A DNA stretch of 25,380 nt, from positions 1 to 25,380 of IMG/VR virus record IMGVR_UViG_3300023240_001054, one strand, 5' to 3'. The DNA is from a virus (taxonomy: Duplodnaviria > Caudoviricetes). This document shows, one piece after another, positions 23,991 through 25,380 of the stretch (its first letter is position 1; every line of letters starts with the position of its first letter). The notes beneath the pieces are model-generated. The model did not search any database. It saw nothing but the letters and a program-made list of their open reading frames with translations, and was not told the DNA's origin. The position numbers and the translations under genes are program-made.

Positions 23991-25380
23991 CATTATTATA
24001 CCGATAACTATTTGATCCACCTCCTTCTCTTGTTTTCAATTCCTTAATTCTTTTTTCCGCCGCAGTTAAAGTTTTTGGTGACGACTGTTCTCTTAGTGTT
24101 TGGAGTAAATATCGCAGATCATCTAGCGCATCTTGGTGTTCAGCTCCACTATAAACACTTTGCACATCTTCTGGCTTGTTCTTATCATGAATCGCAAGTG
24201 GAATAGTACGAATCATGTCAGGACAAACATCAAATACCTTTAGTTTTGGTTCTGTATTCTTGTCCCAACGTAAATATTGGTGAACCATGTCCCATCCCAT
24301 GATACGATTCTTCATACTTGGTATCAATCCTTCGACTCCGTACCTCTGGAATACCTCTGCAGTTGTTTCTGGCATACCTAATTGAGAAAAAGCAGACGTA
24401 TCGATACAAGTGTACGGGTAATATTCACCTTCGGAGAGCATGGCGATAGCTCTTGCGTGTTCATCGACGTCTTTTCCTGTTTCAAAGTACTCTCGATATA
24501 CATAAACTTCTCCATTTGTAGATAATGCGTACCAGTGACAACTCGTAACACCGCTACGTCCACTTGGATCAATAGACCTTAATCGAATCCAATGCTCTGG
24601 AATCTCAAATGACTTAATAACATGCACATCTTGGTTCCATTCTGAGAAATATTGCCCCTCGAACACATCCCAACTCCCTTCCATGTATGCTTTACGTAAC
24701 TTTTCAGGTAATCGCTTCAATTCCTCGATATAACTCATGGCATTGTGCGGATTATCCGTCGGTAATGACTTAACAAACGCTACTTGTTCAGGTAAAGGGT
24801 CTTCTTCAGTGAATTGTCTGTCCACAAATAGCTTTTTTACCCAATCATGCCCTATTTCACCAGGGTTAGTCCCTGCAATAAACTTTGTATTTTCAATCCC
24901 CGGCCATCGCATAATAGATCGTATCTGATCAAACACTGGTCGCCTATTCTTAGTAAGCTCATCGATAGCAATCGCAGCAAATTCCGAAGACGCATACTTA
25001 GATGGATCATCTAGATTACGCAGCGCGATAATTCCGCCCCCAAATTCAGGTTTTAACACGAAAGACATACCCTCGATGTTAGAATCCGATAATTTTCCTA
25101 GCCAGTCCGGGAACTCTTGCTTGATTTTAGTGATCTGCCTATCTTTCAGCGCTGGGTAGTTCTCACAAAAAAGACCAACACGAACTTTGTGATGGCCTTC
25201 CATTGCCCACTTAACAAGCATTCGTACTAATGCCCATCGAATGATATAGCTTTTACCTCCGCCTTTCGCTCCACCATACATAACGAATTTAACTCTATCA
25301 GATTCATTGATAAATTCTATTTGCTTTGGAGAAGGATTAACAACTTCACTTAATTTAATCTTACTATCTTTTTTCGCTTT
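23983..25380 (-). CDS. terL: Terminase large subunit (5'-truncated by the window edge)
   Basis: Walker A GGAKGGGKS, Walker B AIAIDE, motif III GTNPG, nuclease acidic residues (SIDPSG, DALDDLRY). The frame is open upstream of 25281 to the edge and includes PSPKQIEF (Q-motif), so the ORF-track start is internal. Confidence 0.95.
   Translation of the reverse strand, partial: KAKKDSKIKLSEVVNPSPKQIEFINESDRVKFVMYGGAKGGGKSYIIRWALVRMLVKWAMEGHHKVRVGLFCENYPALKDRQITKIKQEFPDWLGKLSDSNIEGMSFVLKPEFGGGIIALRNLDDPSKYASSEFAAIAIDELTKNRRPVFDQIRSIMRWPGIENTKFIAGTNPGEIGHDWVKKLFVDRQFTEEDPLPEQVAFVKSLPTDNPHNAMSYIEELKRLPEKLRKAYMEGSWDVFEGQYFSEWNQDVHVIKSFEIPEHWIRLRSIDPSGRSGVTSCHWYALSTNGEVYVYREYFETGKDVDEHARAIAMLSEGEYYPYTCIDTSAFSQLGMPETTAEVFQRYGVEGLIPSMKNRIMGWDMVHQYLRWDKNTEPKLKVFDVCPDMIRTIPLAIHDKNKPEDVQSVYSGAEHQDALDDLRYLLQTLREQSSPKTLTAAEKRIKELKTREGGGSNSYRYNNVV

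Noticed and set aside
352-24928. Remaining short ORFs in the track (e.g. 352..558, 4651..4845, 6804..7001, 8083..8328, 12985..13323, 14353..14556, 14821..15135, 17135..17338, 18694..18960, 18884..19111, 19436..19663, 19981..20610, 20892..21119, 21743..22098, 23311..23493, 24378..24572, 24737..24928)
   Set aside because: They overlap well-supported genes and have shadow-frame composition with no independent expression signals noticed.
720-25380. Stop-codon reassignment
   Set aside because: Genes tile densely under code 11, with TAA, TAG and TGA all found at sensible gene ends.

Overview
The window is one continuous minus-strand virion morphogenesis operon of a tailed dsDNA phage or prophage with short-tailed (podovirus, P22/T7-like) gene order. 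From right to left it holds: terminase large subunit (start lies beyond the right edge), portal, six small accessory genes, scaffold, decoration-like protein, major capsid protein, a small beta protein, two coiled-coil proteins, a repeat-containing fibre, a 7-repeat propeller, adaptor, nozzle, tail tip/fibre, three putative ejection proteins (two carrying peptidoglycan-binding domains) and a second, paralogous fibre that runs off the left edge and is missing from the ORF track. The genetic code is standard. Almost no gene has a Shine-Dalgarno, and three genes have TGnTATAAT extended -10 boxes just 6-11 nt before ATG. The most unusual signals are non-coding or hidden. (1) A compact RNA pseudoknot occurs twice, before the scaffold gene and before the 181-aa gene, with compensatory base changes between the copies. 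(2) A ~115-nt structured RNA just upstream has a 7-bp loop-to-junction kissing interaction with a terminator-like hairpin. (3) A promoter-led antisense membrane microprotein gene is nested inside the large ejection gene. Product calls come from motifs and synteny read by eye; no database searches or folding programs were run.
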